A stretch of 64,000 nucleotides of DNA from an uncultured bacterium (GTDB taxonomy: Bacteria > CSSED10-310), in contig CAZELM010000002.1 of the NCBI GenBank assembly GCA_964512995.1, positions 18,637 to 82,636 on the forward strand, given 5' to 3'. Made by a program: the position numbers and the translations under genes. The notes below the pieces were generated by a model. That model did no database searches. It was not told the origin of the DNA and worked only from the letters and a program-made list of their open reading frames with translations. Position 1 is the first letter of the stretch, and every line of letters starts with the position of its first letter. Of the stretch, positions 1-10,258 are shown piece by piece.

Positions 1-753
1 GAGTGACAATCGGTTGATTTTCGCTGCCATGCAACCAGCGCCATATCCATTGTCGATGTTCACAACCGACACGCCATTGGCGCAACTGTTCAGCATACCC
101 AGCAAGGCAGCCAACCCATGAAAACTGGCTCCATAACCAATACTGGTCGGAACAGCGATCACCGGCGCGGGAGTCAGTCCGCCGACGACACTGGGCAAGG
201 CGCCTTCCATGCCTGCCACGACCACAATCACGTTGGTGGACTGGAGCCTGTGGAAATGACTCAATAACCGGTGGATACCCGCGACACCGACATCAAATAT
301 CCGCTCCACCTGATTACCCATCAGTTCCGCCGTGATCGCGGCCTCCTCTGCCACCGGAATATCGGATGTGCCAGCGGTTATGACTAAAATCCCCGGATGC
401 CGCGTCTCCGGATGATTTGACTCCACAAACAGAATCCGCGCTATCGGGTGATATTGAACGGCTGGAATGGATTCCTTGATCAGGAGATGGACGGCTGGAT
501 CGATTCGCGTTGCCAATACATTCCGATTGTTTTCCATGAGCCGCAGGAGCAGCTCCCGAATCTGTTCCGGAGTCTTTCCGAGACCAAAAATAACCTCCGG
601 AAACCCGGTCCGGATGGCCCGATGATGATCGAGATGAGCATACCCGTTCAGGGCTTCATAAGGGAATGTTTTCAGTTGGTCCAGGATATCACCCAGTGAA
701 ATATCTCCCGTGCGGTAACGTTCGAGCAGATCAATCAATCGTTTTTGTTCCAT
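1..753 (-). CDS. larB: LarB-like (PurE/AIR-carboxylase family) nickel-pincer cofactor biosynthesis protein, partial; the C-terminus runs off the window start.
   Basis: Minus-strand ATG at 751-753. The frame stays open to position 1. The translation begins MEQKRLIDLLERYRTGDISLGDILDQL and later contains VPVIAVPTSIGYGASF and IDNGYGAGCMAAKINRL, which are PurE/LarB-like motifs. It is absent from the ORF track because it has no in-window stop. Confidence 0.6.
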   Translation of the reverse strand, partial: MEQKRLIDLLERYRTGDISLGDILDQLKTFPYEALNGYAHLDHHRAIRTGFPEVIFGLGKTPEQIRELLLRLMENNRNVLATRIDPAVHLLIKESIPAVQYHPIARILFVESNHPETRHPGILVITAGTSDIPVAEEAAITAELMGNQVERIFDVGVAGIHRLLSHFHRLQSTNVIVVVAGMEGALPSVVGGLTPAPVIAVPTSIGYGASFHGLAALLGMLNSCANGVSVVNIDNGYGAGCMAAKINRLSL

Positions 754-964
754 GGTGAATCTTGTTCAGTGTTAATTGTTACAGCCAATAATACCAAAAG
801 CAGAATATCAGAGATTATTGGATGAGAGAACTTTTTTCACACCGTTTCAATCCGTGTCCATCCGTGGTTTGTTTTTTCTTTTCCGGTGAGGAGTCTCACA
901 CGAAGACGCGAAGACACGAAGACACGAAAAAATCCATACTTACAATATGTGAGAGTGATACAAC

Positions 965-997
965 AATTCCCGGACAGAAACGATCTGCCCGGGAATT
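965..997. terminator. Perfect 9-bp inverted repeat (aattcccgg-N15-ccgggaatt) followed by a T-rich tract; a possible weak or bidirectional terminator.
   Basis: Read directly: the two arms are exact reverse complements, and gtttctttcc follows on the plus strand. It lies between the 3' end of the giant minus-strand gene (1021) and the larB start. No clean U-tract exists for the minus strand. Confidence 0.3.
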
Positions 998-1020
998 GTT
1001 TCTTTCCGGCCGAGTGCCGG

Positions 1021-4000
1021 TTATCTTCTCGTCACTGATACGATCAGGAAGAGCGAGATCGCTGCCAGCATCAGGAAAATGCCCGATGGCGATGATGCCG
1101 GGATATATTCCATGATGGGAGTCGGTGTCGGACCCGTCTCATAACAGTAATCATAAATCCGTACATTATCCAGAAATACCATCGGCTCAAACCGATCATC
1201 CGGTTCAGGATAATGGACCGTTACGGGGAAGAAGGAGAAGAACCGTATGGATACGACCTGATCTCCAGCAAGTTGTTCCAATGGAAGACTCACATGGAAA
1301 TAATCATCCTGCTCGTCAACGACCGTATAGATATCATAGACCAGAGCACTGCCGTGAGCTTCCACCAGGAACATATCCTGATCCGTGATCCGGTCGCCTT
1401 TCTTCTGGGGACCGACGAAGTTCTTCAGCCGGACGTAGAAATCCAGAACGGCACTGCGGCGGATAGGTTCCGCGAAATTTACGGTCATCATGAGTTGCGC
1501 TTCATTGATTCCGTAACCGGTATCTTCCATACACCCTGCAAAGAATGCACAACTCCCGCCACTGAATGAATAGTTGACATCCTCCAGCACTCGGAGCCCC
1601 CATGTCGGACCGGATGTATCCTCCCAATGACTCAGCGATCCACCCTCAAATCCATCGTAGAAGACCACGCCAGGAATACAGGTCGGTGTGGGAGTGGGAG
1701 ATGGTGTCGGAGTCGGTGTATCCACACACTCCCCAATATGAATCCCCGGATCGGGTATCGGCTGCTGAACGGGAGTCCCCTGGTAATCAACATACCGGAT
1801 ATTGGAGTCTGAGCATTCGATCAGAGTATCCGATGAAAGCGGAACATCCGGAGAAACATGTACCTGGAAATTCACGTCAATGCTCTCCCCCACTCGTAAT
1901 CGGTCGAAATGCCAGATATATCGCCGCGGATCATCTGCAGAGGCAGTGGGAACGACGGTTGGAGCGACATTCCAGGAACCGGGAACAATATCCGTATACA
2001 CATTACTGCCATCCGGACACTGATGTGAAGCGCCACCAAACACTTCCTCGACATAGATATCTTTCCCCGCGAGATTGTTGATTACATCCGCCGCAATTTC
2101 CTGATACACATCCGCCAGATCATCCTCAGTCGGAGACCAGTAGTAGTTGCCGTGTTTGGCGGCTTCGGGAGTCGGCACAGAACCCCAATATTCCGGGTTG
2201 AATGGATCGGCAATCTCCCGCAACAGATCTTCGTTTATCAAAGTTCCCAGACCGATCGTATGGATCGTGGTGGCATACACCGATGCATAGTCACCCCAGG
2301 GTTGACTCAGCGAGATATGCCGAGCCATTTCACGGGCATGATCGATCGCATCATTGTCCCAGCCAGGAACATCTGCTGGTCCTGGAGTATAGAACCGGTT
2401 TGGACTCCGGTCTGAAAGCACGACCATGAATCGGTCGCCACGATGAGCAGGGGCAGGCGTCGGTGGAACCGGTGATCCTTCGGGTGTTGGCGGAGCGGGA
2501 TGGATGGGCATTGCACCGATGACATTTTTCGCATAATGCATTCCCGGTCCCAGTGCTCGAGCTCCACCCAAGGGTTCCTGAGACAGATGATCATGCCACC
2601 AGAATTGTTTATGCTGCGGGTCATCGGGATCATCCAGCACCCGCTGAACCGGTTCCGGCATCTCGTCCGGGAACACCCGCGGTACAGGATTGTATCCCGG
2701 CACTCCATTCGGAGACTGGGAATTGCCATAGAATACCAACCCACCGTAATCCTGAGAGCCGTAGATCGGAGGATTTTCCACCAGATAATCATAGAACTTC
2801 CAGGTTCCCCACAAAACATGAACATAGGGCCGATATGCGGTATCCAGATAGGGATCTTCTCCGATTGGCCCGTATGGCGGTTCTTCAAATTCATTGTATC
2901 CGGATTCAAATTGAAGCAATGTGTCGCTTTTAGCTACCACACACACCACATCCACCGGCTGGCGGATATACCGGATCGATCCGTCACTCGTGAGCGTCAA
3001 CCGAACCTGCAGGTTGTCATCCGGACAAATCGTACCACTGCTCAGATTTTCTTTAATGATGCGAATCCGCGGTGGTTCGATTGTGATGGGTGTGGGAGTC
3101 CCTTCAGGGGTATCGGTCGGGACTGGCGTATTTGTCGGCGTATTGCTGGGGGTCGGGGTTTGTGTCGGTGTGAGTGTTGGAGAAGGCGTTGGTGTACGCG
3201 TCGGCGAGTTGGTCGGAGTATTCGTGGGAGTCGGAGTATCAGTTGGTGTCTGGGTGGGCGTACTGGTCGGAGTGTTGGTTGGAGTCTGAGTTGGGGTATT
3301 CGTCGGGGTTCTGGTTGGTGCATTGGTGGGGGTTTCTGTCGGCGTATTTGTTGGCGTATTCGTCGGCGTATGGGTCGGTGTATTGGTTGCCGTCGGCGTT
3401 GCAGTGGGCGTATTCGTTGAAGTCGGCGTCATTGTCGACGTGTTCGTCGGTGTTGGGGTTTGGGTTGGCGTGTTCGTCGGTGTCGGGGTCCATGTCGGCG
3501 TATGGGTGAATGTCGGGGTTAATGTCGGAGTCTGCGTCGGCGTATTCGTCTCCGTCGGAGTCTGTGTTGGTGTGTTTGTAGGCGTTGGGGTCCATGTCGG
3601 TGTATTGGTGAATGTCGGGGTCCATGTCGGTGTCTGCGTCGGCGTGTTGGTCTCCGTTGGTGTCTGGGTTGGTGTGTTCGTCGGAGTGGGTGTTGATGTA
3701 GGCGTATTGGTCGGCGTTGGGGTACTGGTGGGGGTTTGGGTTGGCGTATTAGTCGGCGTCGGCGTCCATGTCGGCGTATTGGACGGCGTTGGCGTTTGCG
3801 TCGGGGTGTTGGTTGGCGTCCCGGTTGGAGCTCCGGTTGGCGTATTGGTCGGGGTGTTGGATGGTGTGGGGGTCTGGGTCGGAGTATCCGTGGGGGTACT
3901 CGTCGGTGTGTTTGTCGGTGTATTGGTTGGAGTAGGTGTCTGGGTTGGGGTGTCTGTTGGAGTGTCCGTGGGGGTATTGGTGGGCGTCGGTGTCGGTGTA

Positions 4001-5271
4001 TCGGTCGGAGTCTGGGTTGGAGTTGGCGTTGCAGTGGGTGGTTCGGGAGTGGGTGTATAGGTCGGTGGGATCGGCGTGGCTGTCGGTGTCCAGGTCGGCG
4101 GGATCGGTGTCGGTGTCAATGTCGGCGTATCAGTTGGAGTTGGTGTATCGATGGGAGTATTGGTGGGCGTGGGTGTAGATGTGGGAGTATTGGTGAAGGT
4201 TGGGGTATGAGTTGGTGTATGCGTTGGAGTTGGCGTTGATGTGGGAGTATTGGTTTCGGTCGGAGTGGAAGTGGGTGTGTTGGAAGGTGTGGGGGTAATC
4301 GTTGGTGTGTTGCTGGGTGTGCCAGTGGGAGCACCTGTTGGAGTTGAGGTGGGAGTATTTGATGGTGTCGGTGTTAAAGTCGGCGTGTTGGTATTCGTCG
4401 GAGTGAAAGTGGGAGAATTCGTGGGAGTCGGTGTTCGAGTGGGTGTATTGGTGGGTGTGGGAGTATTCGTTGGAGTATTCGTTGGCGTCGGCGTGAATGT
4501 CGGTGTGTTGGTGTTCGTTGGCGTCCGGGTGGGGGTATTGGTCGGAGTTCGCGTCGGGGTTCGTGTCGGGGTTTGCGTGGGCGTGTTGGTCGGTGTATTG
4601 GTCGGTCCAGCCGGCGTTGGTGTATCGTCGATCCACCATCCCGCCCGGATGATCGCATCCCGGGTCAAACCCATGTTCTCGCCCCAGTTATAGTTTGGAA
4701 TACACGTGAACGAATCAATATCCTCAATCAGGTATTTATGAAAAGTTAAACCGGCCAGATTGTCCGTACATGGTTTGACCAGATCATTCATATGAAAGGG
4801 AAATGAACCAAAATTAGTAACCCTGATTACCAACCGGTCACCAAAGCTCAATGAAATCGGATACCCAATACCCCAGTCCCGCAAATCCAACGCATAGAAT
4901 CCACTGGAATTATAGACAATAACGGGATTCGGGGAAGGATTGGATGGAGAACTCAGGATTGGCTTTCCCTGCGCATCCAGCGGTGGATTCTTGTAATACC
5001 TGACCACATACTCATAATCCATCGGATTGCCAAACAACATGACACCAATGTGAGTGATCGTAACGGGTGCTCCAGCGGTATACGTCACAATCACAGAGTC
5101 TCCTGTTCCACAGGATAAATATTCGGAATTGATATTATTCAGATAAAAAAATGGCTGAGCATCAGACCATCCATCGTACTGGAAGTACCAGTAATACCCG
5201 GCTCGGGTGCTGACTGGTAAAAAAAACAAAAAACACAATACCATAACACCGAATAAAGCTTTGAACCGCAT
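1021..5271 (-). CDS. Giant (1416 aa) secreted surface protein. It has an N-terminal signal peptide, a roughly 510-aa Thr/Pro-rich linker, a C-terminal globular region and a C-terminal sorting-signal-like tail.
   Basis: Uninterrupted 4.25-kb ORF. The N-terminus [28 protein letters not shown] is a classic signal peptide. The C-terminus [26 protein letters not shown] has the motif / TM helix / basic-cluster architecture of a PEP-CTERM or PGF-CTERM sorting signal. Confidence 0.8.
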   Translation of the reverse strand: MRFKALFGVMVLCFLFFLPVSTRAGYYWYFQYDGWSDAQPFFYLNNINSEYLSCGTGDSVIVTYTAGAPVTITHIGVMLFGNPMDYEYVVRYYKNPPLDAQGKPILSSPSNPSPNPVIVYNSSGFYALDLRDWGIGYPISLSFGDRLVIRVTNFGSFPFHMNDLVKPCTDNLAGLTFHKYLIEDIDSFTCIPNYNWGENMGLTRDAIIRAGWWIDDTPTPAGPTNTPTNTPTQTPTRTPTRTPTNTPTRTPTNTNTPTFTPTPTNTPTNTPTPTNTPTRTPTPTNSPTFTPTNTNTPTLTPTPSNTPTSTPTGAPTGTPSNTPTITPTPSNTPTSTPTETNTPTSTPTPTHTPTHTPTFTNTPTSTPTPTNTPIDTPTPTDTPTLTPTPIPPTWTPTATPIPPTYTPTPEPPTATPTPTQTPTDTPTPTPTNTPTDTPTDTPTQTPTPTNTPTNTPTSTPTDTPTQTPTPSNTPTNTPTGAPTGTPTNTPTQTPTPSNTPTWTPTPTNTPTQTPTSTPTPTNTPTSTPTPTNTPTQTPTETNTPTQTPTWTPTFTNTPTWTPTPTNTPTQTPTETNTPTQTPTLTPTFTHTPTWTPTPTNTPTQTPTPTNTSTMTPTSTNTPTATPTATNTPTHTPTNTPTNTPTETPTNAPTRTPTNTPTQTPTNTPTSTPTQTPTDTPTPTNTPTNSPTRTPTPSPTLTPTQTPTPSNTPTNTPVPTDTPEGTPTPITIEPPRIRIIKENLSSGTICPDDNLQVRLTLTSDGSIRYIRQPVDVVCVVAKSDTLLQFESGYNEFEEPPYGPIGEDPYLDTAYRPYVHVLWGTWKFYDYLVENPPIYGSQDYGGLVFYGNSQSPNGVPGYNPVPRVFPDEMPEPVQRVLDDPDDPQHKQFWWHDHLSQEPLGGARALGPGMHYAKNVIGAMPIHPAPPTPEGSPVPPTPAPAHRGDRFMVVLSDRSPNRFYTPGPADVPGWDNDAIDHAREMARHISLSQPWGDYASVYATTIHTIGLGTLINEDLLREIADPFNPEYWGSVPTPEAAKHGNYYWSPTEDDLADVYQEIAADVINNLAGKDIYVEEVFGGASHQCPDGSNVYTDIVPGSWNVAPTVVPTASADDPRRYIWHFDRLRVGESIDVNFQVHVSPDVPLSSDTLIECSDSNIRYVDYQGTPVQQPIPDPGIHIGECVDTPTPTPSPTPTPTCIPGVVFYDGFEGGSLSHWEDTSGPTWGLRVLEDVNYSFSGGSCAFFAGCMEDTGYGINEAQLMMTVNFAEPIRRSAVLDFYVRLKNFVGPQKKGDRITDQDMFLVEAHGSALVYDIYTVVDEQDDYFHVSLPLEQLAGDQVVSIRFFSFFPVTVHYPEPDDRFEPMVFLDNVRIYDYCYETGPTPTPIMEYIPASSPSGIFLMLAAISLFLIVSVTRR
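3095..4623 (-). repeat. Coding tandem repeat of about 1.5 kb encoding (T-P-T-x-T-P)n with a hexapeptide period; low-complexity and GT-rich on the plus strand.
   Basis: The protein runs from [19 protein letters not shown] to [20 protein letters not shown]. The plus-strand DNA is built from degenerate ggtgt/ggcgt/gtcgg units. Four long antisense ORFs on the plus strand (VGV repeats) are artefacts of the periodicity. Confidence 0.85.
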
Positions 5272-5471
5272 GGTAAGCTCCTATTCCTGGAAATAAACAA
5301 ACAATGTTGCCGATGGGTGCTGACCGGTATGTTCCTCCCTGCCTCTCACCAGCTCCCTATAATAGTATTTAATCTCTAAGCATGAATAAATGTCAAGTAA
5401 TCGGGAGCATGAATGGTCGAATTGTTAATAACTGTAGAGTATATCACACAATCACACATAACAGTGATCGG

Positions 5472-6980
5472 ATGGTGTTGACACAAACCAATAGACTCGG
5501 TAGATTCCACAGGATTTCGTTGAACGGGAGGTTGCCATTGAAGGTTACTGATAAAATTTTCCAGGATGGGCTGACATTTGATGACGTGACGCTGATACCG
5601 GCCGAGTCCGATGTATTACACACCCATGTCGATACTTCAACGATTCTGACACATGAATTGACATTGAACATCCCGATCATCAGTGCGCCGCTCAACACGG
5701 TGACAGAATCCCGAATGGCGATCGCCATCGCCCGGATCGGCGGAATGGGTATCATCCATCACGGGATGTCTCCACAGGATCAGGCCGATGAAGTTGACAA
5801 AGTCAAAAGATCGGAAAGCGGAATGATCCGGGACCCCGTTACCCTGAAACCAGATCAATCCATCCGGGCTGCCATCGAGCTGATGAATCAGTTTCAGATT
5901 TCAGGGATACCCATAACGGAAAATGGTATTCTGATCGGAATCATCACCAATCGGGATCTGCGCTTTGAACCGGATCTCAACCGCCCGATCCGCGACCTGA
6001 TGACCAGTCAGAACCTGATCACGGTCCGGGAAGGAACCAGTCTGGAATCCGCCAAAAAAATCCTCCAGACACATCGCATTGAAAAACTACCGGTTGTCGA
6101 TGATCAGAACCGGCTGAAAGGTCTGATCACAATCAAAGATATCCGCAAAAAAGAGACATTTCCGCACTCAACCAAAGATCCGCTGGGACGGCTTCGCGTT
6201 GGCGCATCGGTCAGCGCTGGCTCCGATCTGATCGATCGTGTCAATGCCCTGGTTTCGGTCAAGACCGATCTCATCTGTATCGATGCCCCACACGCTCATT
6301 ATAAAGGCGTATTGAAAGCGGTGGAGTGGGTGAAAAACCACTATCCCGACCAGATCGTCATGGCCGGAAATGTCGTTACCCGGGAAGGCGCTGACGCGCT
6401 TATTCAGGCTGGAGCGGACATCATCAAAGTGGGCTTTGGATTTACCAGCACCACCACATCCTTTCTGACTGGAGTTGCTGTGCCTCAGATCACCGCCATT
6501 CTGAATGTCTATGAAATCGCCGGTAAACATAACAAAACGATCATCTCCCACAGCCCCATCCGATCTCCGGGTGATCTCTGCAAAGCATGTGCAGCCGGCG
6601 CTCATGCCGTCATGATCGGTTCAATGCTGGCAGGAACCGATGAATCCCCCGGAGATATCACGATGTATCAGGGACGTTCATTCAAAGTGTTTCGCAAATC
6701 CGATCCGATTCATTCCATCCGATACGATTCTGTATATCCGGATATTCCGTTCGAACCGGACGTGAAATCGATGGGAATGGATGAGGCAGACAAACGGGTC
6801 CCCTATATCGGATCCTGTGATGGCATCATTCGGCAATTTACCAGCGGACTCAAAATGAGTATGAGCTACTGCGGGTGTAAACATTTAAAGGAATTCCGGG
6901 AAAAAACCCGGTTTATCCGGATAACCGATTGTCACCGGGATCACGCCAGAATCACCGCACCGGGAGCCATCTCCGGATAG
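5472..6980 (+). CDS. IMP dehydrogenase-fold protein (TIM barrel plus CBS pair) lacking the canonical catalytic Cys loop; likely a divergent or non-catalytic IMPDH paralog.
   Basis: Motifs FDDVTLIPAESDV, GIIHHGMS, VPQITAI and AGAHAVMIGSMLAGTDESPG resemble GuaB. The loop VGFGFTSTTTSF replaces VGIGPGSICTTR, and SHSPIRSPGD replaces ADGGIRYSGD. The track ORF begins at 5382; I prefer the ATG at 5472, which is nearer the conserved N-terminus. Confidence 0.7.
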   Translation: MVLTQTNRLGRFHRISLNGRLPLKVTDKIFQDGLTFDDVTLIPAESDVLHTHVDTSTILTHELTLNIPIISAPLNTVTESRMAIAIARIGGMGIIHHGMSPQDQADEVDKVKRSESGMIRDPVTLKPDQSIRAAIELMNQFQISGIPITENGILIGIITNRDLRFEPDLNRPIRDLMTSQNLITVREGTSLESAKKILQTHRIEKLPVVDDQNRLKGLITIKDIRKKETFPHSTKDPLGRLRVGASVSAGSDLIDRVNALVSVKTDLICIDAPHAHYKGVLKAVEWVKNHYPDQIVMAGNVVTREGADALIQAGADIIKVGFGFTSTTTSFLTGVAVPQITAILNVYEIAGKHNKTIISHSPIRSPGDLCKACAAGAHAVMIGSMLAGTDESPGDITMYQGRSFKVFRKSDPIHSIRYDSVYPDIPFEPDVKSMGMDEADKRVPYIGSCDGIIRQFTSGLKMSMSYCGCKHLKEFREKTRFIRITDCHRDHARITAPGAISG

Positions 6981-7117
6981 AATCCACTTGACTCATCACC
7001 ATTCAGCAACCATTTTCCGGTGGTACGAAAGAATCAGCTTGCACATACCCACAATGATCTGCGCCCGTTCAATCCATCGGATCTCTTAATCTTTCTTTTC
7101 ATCGATGAGGTGTAACC

Positions 7118-7978
7118 ATGATCATTCCCTTCACGAAACTGCACGGACTGGAAAATGACTATCTGTTTATCGATCTTTTCACACATCCATCCCTTCCTGA
7201 AGACCGCATACCCGGTATTGCCCGTCGGATGAGCCATCGCCGGAGAGGCATCGGAGCCGATGGCATTGTGCTCTGGGGTCCTTCCCGCGAAGCGGATGCG
7301 ATGATGCGGATCTTCAACTCGGACGGTTCGGAAGCCGAAACCTGCGGAAATGCTCTGCGATGCGTCGCAAAGCTGCTGTGGGAAAACGGTCATGCCACCC
7401 GCTCCCGGATCGTTATCCAGACCCGTGCCGGATGTGTCCATGCAACTGTCGTAATGCAGGATGGCCGCGTTCATGCCATCGATATCGACATCGGAAAACC
7501 CCGCTGGAGCCGCTCCGACCTTCCGATGACCGGTCACGGCGAAGCCCGTCGGATCGAACTTACGATCCAGGACACCCATTTCGATGCCACCTGCCTTTCC
7601 GTGGGAAATCCCCATTGTGTCCTCTTCGTGGAGCATCCATCCAAAGATCTGATCCTCCAAATGGGGCCACTCATCGAACATCACGAATGGTTCCCACAGG
7701 GCATCAATGTCGGATTTTGTCACGTGCTCAATCCCCATCAGATCGAGTTGACCGTCTGGGAACGCGGAGCCGGACTGACTGCTGCGTGTGGTACGGGAGC
7801 GGCAGCCGCATTCGCAGCTTCCCGGTACCGGAATCGGGTGGAACGCTCTACGGAAATCCAGATGCCCGGCGGCAGTCTGATGCTCCAGGAAACTCCAAAT
7901 GGACATCTCCATATTATTGGTCCTGCCACACGGGTGTTTGATGGGTATTGGGAGGAGGATATGACTCTTGACGCATGA
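7118..7978 (+). CDS. dapF: Diaminopimelate epimerase.
   Basis: N-terminus FTKLHGLENDYLFID. Both catalytic Cys motifs are present (ETCGNALRCV and ACGTGAAAAFA). The 286-aa length is typical of DapF. Confidence 0.9.
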   Translation: MIIPFTKLHGLENDYLFIDLFTHPSLPEDRIPGIARRMSHRRRGIGADGIVLWGPSREADAMMRIFNSDGSEAETCGNALRCVAKLLWENGHATRSRIVIQTRAGCVHATVVMQDGRVHAIDIDIGKPRWSRSDLPMTGHGEARRIELTIQDTHFDATCLSVGNPHCVLFVEHPSKDLILQMGPLIEHHEWFPQGINVGFCHVLNPHQIELTVWERGAGLTAACGTGAAAAFAASRYRNRVERSTEIQMPGGSLMLQETPNGHLHIIGPATRVFDGYWEEDMTLDA

Positions 7979-8138
7979 CCGGTCGAAGAAATGCTCCCAT
8001 TTTTCCTTTCGGTAAAAAATTCTACTTCTAATCGGTAAGTTTATATCAAAAAACAGAATAAAAACAGTTATCAATAGCCGTTACCGATCGTTCTGATCTG
8101 ATCCACAGCCACCTCCGCTTATAACAACAGGTCGCACC

Positions 8139-9197
8139 TTAAGAACCTAAAATCTCCTGCTCCCACAAGTTTTCCACAGCGGATTTGGAAAAGTCCGAGA
8201 GCCGATGGCGCTGGCCTTTCAGTACCGCATCCCGTACATGCGTATCGGTGACGAGCACATGCATCAGCTCCGCCAACTCCACCATATTCGTCTTATTCCG
8301 AAACAGGACACCGCTCGAACCCAATGTCCACGGCACCGCAGCCGCACGATAGGCTAGAATCGGGAGATCGAAATACATGCTTTCCACCAGCGGAACACCG
8401 AATCCTTCATGATCGCTCATAGAAACAAACAGATGTGCCAGTCTGTAATACGTCACCAGCTCCCCGAATTCAACATGACCCGGAATGTACACATCACCCA
8501 GATGCCATTGCCGAGCCATCCGGACCAGATGATCGTAATACGATTCGAACCCATCCCATTTCCCGATCAGAAACAACCGGCAACGCCTGTTGACGAAGCG
8601 TTTATAATACGCATACAGCCGAAGGAGATCATGCTGGCATTTATTGGGCGTGATCCGGCCGACAAACAGAACATTCGTGAAATCCCCCCGAAACATCTCC
8701 GCGAGAACCGGATTGACGGGGATATCGAACAGATCGAAATCGATATATATCGGCAAAACCCCCGTGTTCGTAAAATCCATTTCCTGCAGTTCCAGCCGGT
8801 TAAATTCCGAATCTCCCAAAGCCCGGTGGGGCACATCCCGAAGGTGTGCAAGTTCCTCCCGGCCGATCCGGGATATTCGCTGGAGATGGGGGTATCCCCG
8901 CAACTGGTGGACTGGTGTGATATTGTGATACACGAGAATCCGTCGGCCCGTTGCAGCGCGAAAAATCTGATTCAATGACGACGGCAGCGCGTAATGGAGA
9001 ATCGTCACGCTGTCCGGCCGGTTCAGTTCGGGAAATCCACTCACCGGTGTCGGACTGACCGGCACATCGGCATCTTTCTGGAGACAGATGATATGCGATT
9101 CATGGCCGATCGACTGAAAATACCGGTGCATGGCCATGGCATTGTTCCCGATCGCGTCCCCGTCATGCAAAGCCGGAAGAAGCTGGATGATCTTCAT
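8139..9197 (-). CDS. Glycosyltransferase family 4 (GT-B).
   Basis: Contains the EGFGVPLVESM (E-x7-E) GT4 motif and a KCQHDLL region. It is a tandem paralog of the next gene and overlaps it in ATGA fashion at 9194-9197. Confidence 0.8.
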   Translation of the reverse strand: MKIIQLLPALHDGDAIGNNAMAMHRYFQSIGHESHIICLQKDADVPVSPTPVSGFPELNRPDSVTILHYALPSSLNQIFRAATGRRILVYHNITPVHQLRGYPHLQRISRIGREELAHLRDVPHRALGDSEFNRLELQEMDFTNTGVLPIYIDFDLFDIPVNPVLAEMFRGDFTNVLFVGRITPNKCQHDLLRLYAYYKRFVNRRCRLFLIGKWDGFESYYDHLVRMARQWHLGDVYIPGHVEFGELVTYYRLAHLFVSMSDHEGFGVPLVESMYFDLPILAYRAAAVPWTLGSSGVLFRNKTNMVELAELMHVLVTDTHVRDAVLKGQRHRLSDFSKSAVENLWEQEILGS

Positions 9198-10258
9198 GTC
9201 CCGAGCTTCCCGATCAGTTCGTTGACCCGCTGGCGCATGTCCATGGCCAGGAAGGCGGACAGGTGGTTCTGCTGCTTGCGGACCACGGCTTCTTTGAATG
9301 ATGGATTCCGGCGGAGCAGATCGGCGATCTCCGCAATCACTGCCGGGTTCTTGTCGTGAATCTGAATCCCGGCATCGCCCATTGTCTCGGATACCGCTCC
9401 AGCCTTGTACGCGATTACCGGAACATCAAAAACCATCGCTTCGAGGAGCGGCACACAGAATCCCTCGTGTTCGCTCATGCATACGAACACATCGGCCATG
9501 CGATACAGAGCGACCAGCTCATCGTCATCGACCATACCGGTGAAGATGACATTGGCTACACCCAGTTCCCGAACCATGGCAGACATGGCATCCGCATACC
9601 GCCAGCAGTTCCGGACGTCACCGACCAGTATCAACCGTGCATTGGGATCCAGATGCCGCTGGTAAAATGCAAAGGAACGGATGATATCCTGATGGCATTT
9701 ATTGGGAGATACCCGGCCGACGAAGAGCCAGGTTCGCTGACGGGATGCGAACTGGGTCTGGAACACGCGGTTCGGCGTCAGGGATAGCCGGCTCAGATCC
9801 ACAATGATCGGCAGAACCTCCACATTGCGATATCCGATGTCGTTCAGGATGCCGGCATTGAAGGTCGAATCCGCCCAGGCGAATGCCGTACGATCTTTGA
9901 GTTTCCGAAGCTGAATCATTCCCTGAGCAGCCAGTTCCGTCATTTGCGGACTGATTCCGTAAAACCAATGCGCGGGTGTGATATTGTGAAAGATGATTCC
10001 CAGCCGGTCTGGAATCGTCATCAGATAATCGGTAATCTCCGATCCCACGGAAAAGTGGTATATCAATATGTGATCGGCCTGACTGATCCGGCGATATAGC
10101 TTCCAGTGTTCCGACTGATCAATCAGATAGGGATGAATGACACCGGCATAGATCCGGCTCTCATGCCCCAGCGACCGGAAAATATCCCGCAGTGCCAGTG
10201 TGTCGTCGCCGATGGCATCCCCATAAGAAAAATTGGGGAGCATCTGATGGATGATCAC
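9194..10258 (-). CDS. Glycosyltransferase family 4 (GT-B); paralog of 8139..9197.
   Basis: Contains EGFCVPLLEAM. Its N-terminus MIIHQMLPNFSYGDAIGDD is similar to MKIIQLLPALHDGDAIGNN in the neighbouring gene. Confidence 0.8.
   Translation of the reverse strand: MIIHQMLPNFSYGDAIGDDTLALRDIFRSLGHESRIYAGVIHPYLIDQSEHWKLYRRISQADHILIYHFSVGSEITDYLMTIPDRLGIIFHNITPAHWFYGISPQMTELAAQGMIQLRKLKDRTAFAWADSTFNAGILNDIGYRNVEVLPIIVDLSRLSLTPNRVFQTQFASRQRTWLFVGRVSPNKCHQDIIRSFAFYQRHLDPNARLILVGDVRNCWRYADAMSAMVRELGVANVIFTGMVDDDELVALYRMADVFVCMSEHEGFCVPLLEAMVFDVPVIAYKAGAVSETMGDAGIQIHDKNPAVIAEIADLLRRNPSFKEAVVRKQQNHLSAFLAMDMRQRVNELIGKLGT

Noticed and set aside
448-1115. Small + ORFs 448..699 and 822..1115.
   Set aside because: The first is antisense to the larB-like gene. 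The second spans an intergenic hairpin region and the 3' end of the giant gene, with no motifs.
2921-4693. Four long plus-strand ORFs (2921..3289, 3323..4060, 3736..4239, 4241..4693) encoding (VGV)n / Arg-Trp-rich proteins.
   Set aside because: They are antisense or out-of-frame readings of the (TPTxTP)n repeat and stay open only because of its periodic composition. The minus-strand ORF has the signal peptide and flanking globular domains.
5382-5471. 30-codon N-terminal extension of the IMPDH-like ORF (MNKCQVIGSMNGRIVNNCRVYHTITHNSDR).
   Set aside because: It is not homologous to IMPDH N-termini and is probably upstream non-coding sequence. The start was moved to the ATG at 5472, or possibly a TTG at about 5535.
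7034-8074. 346-aa minus-strand ORF overlapping dapF.
   Set aside because: It is antisense to a well-supported dapF with both catalytic Cys motifs, and it has no recognisable motifs of its own.
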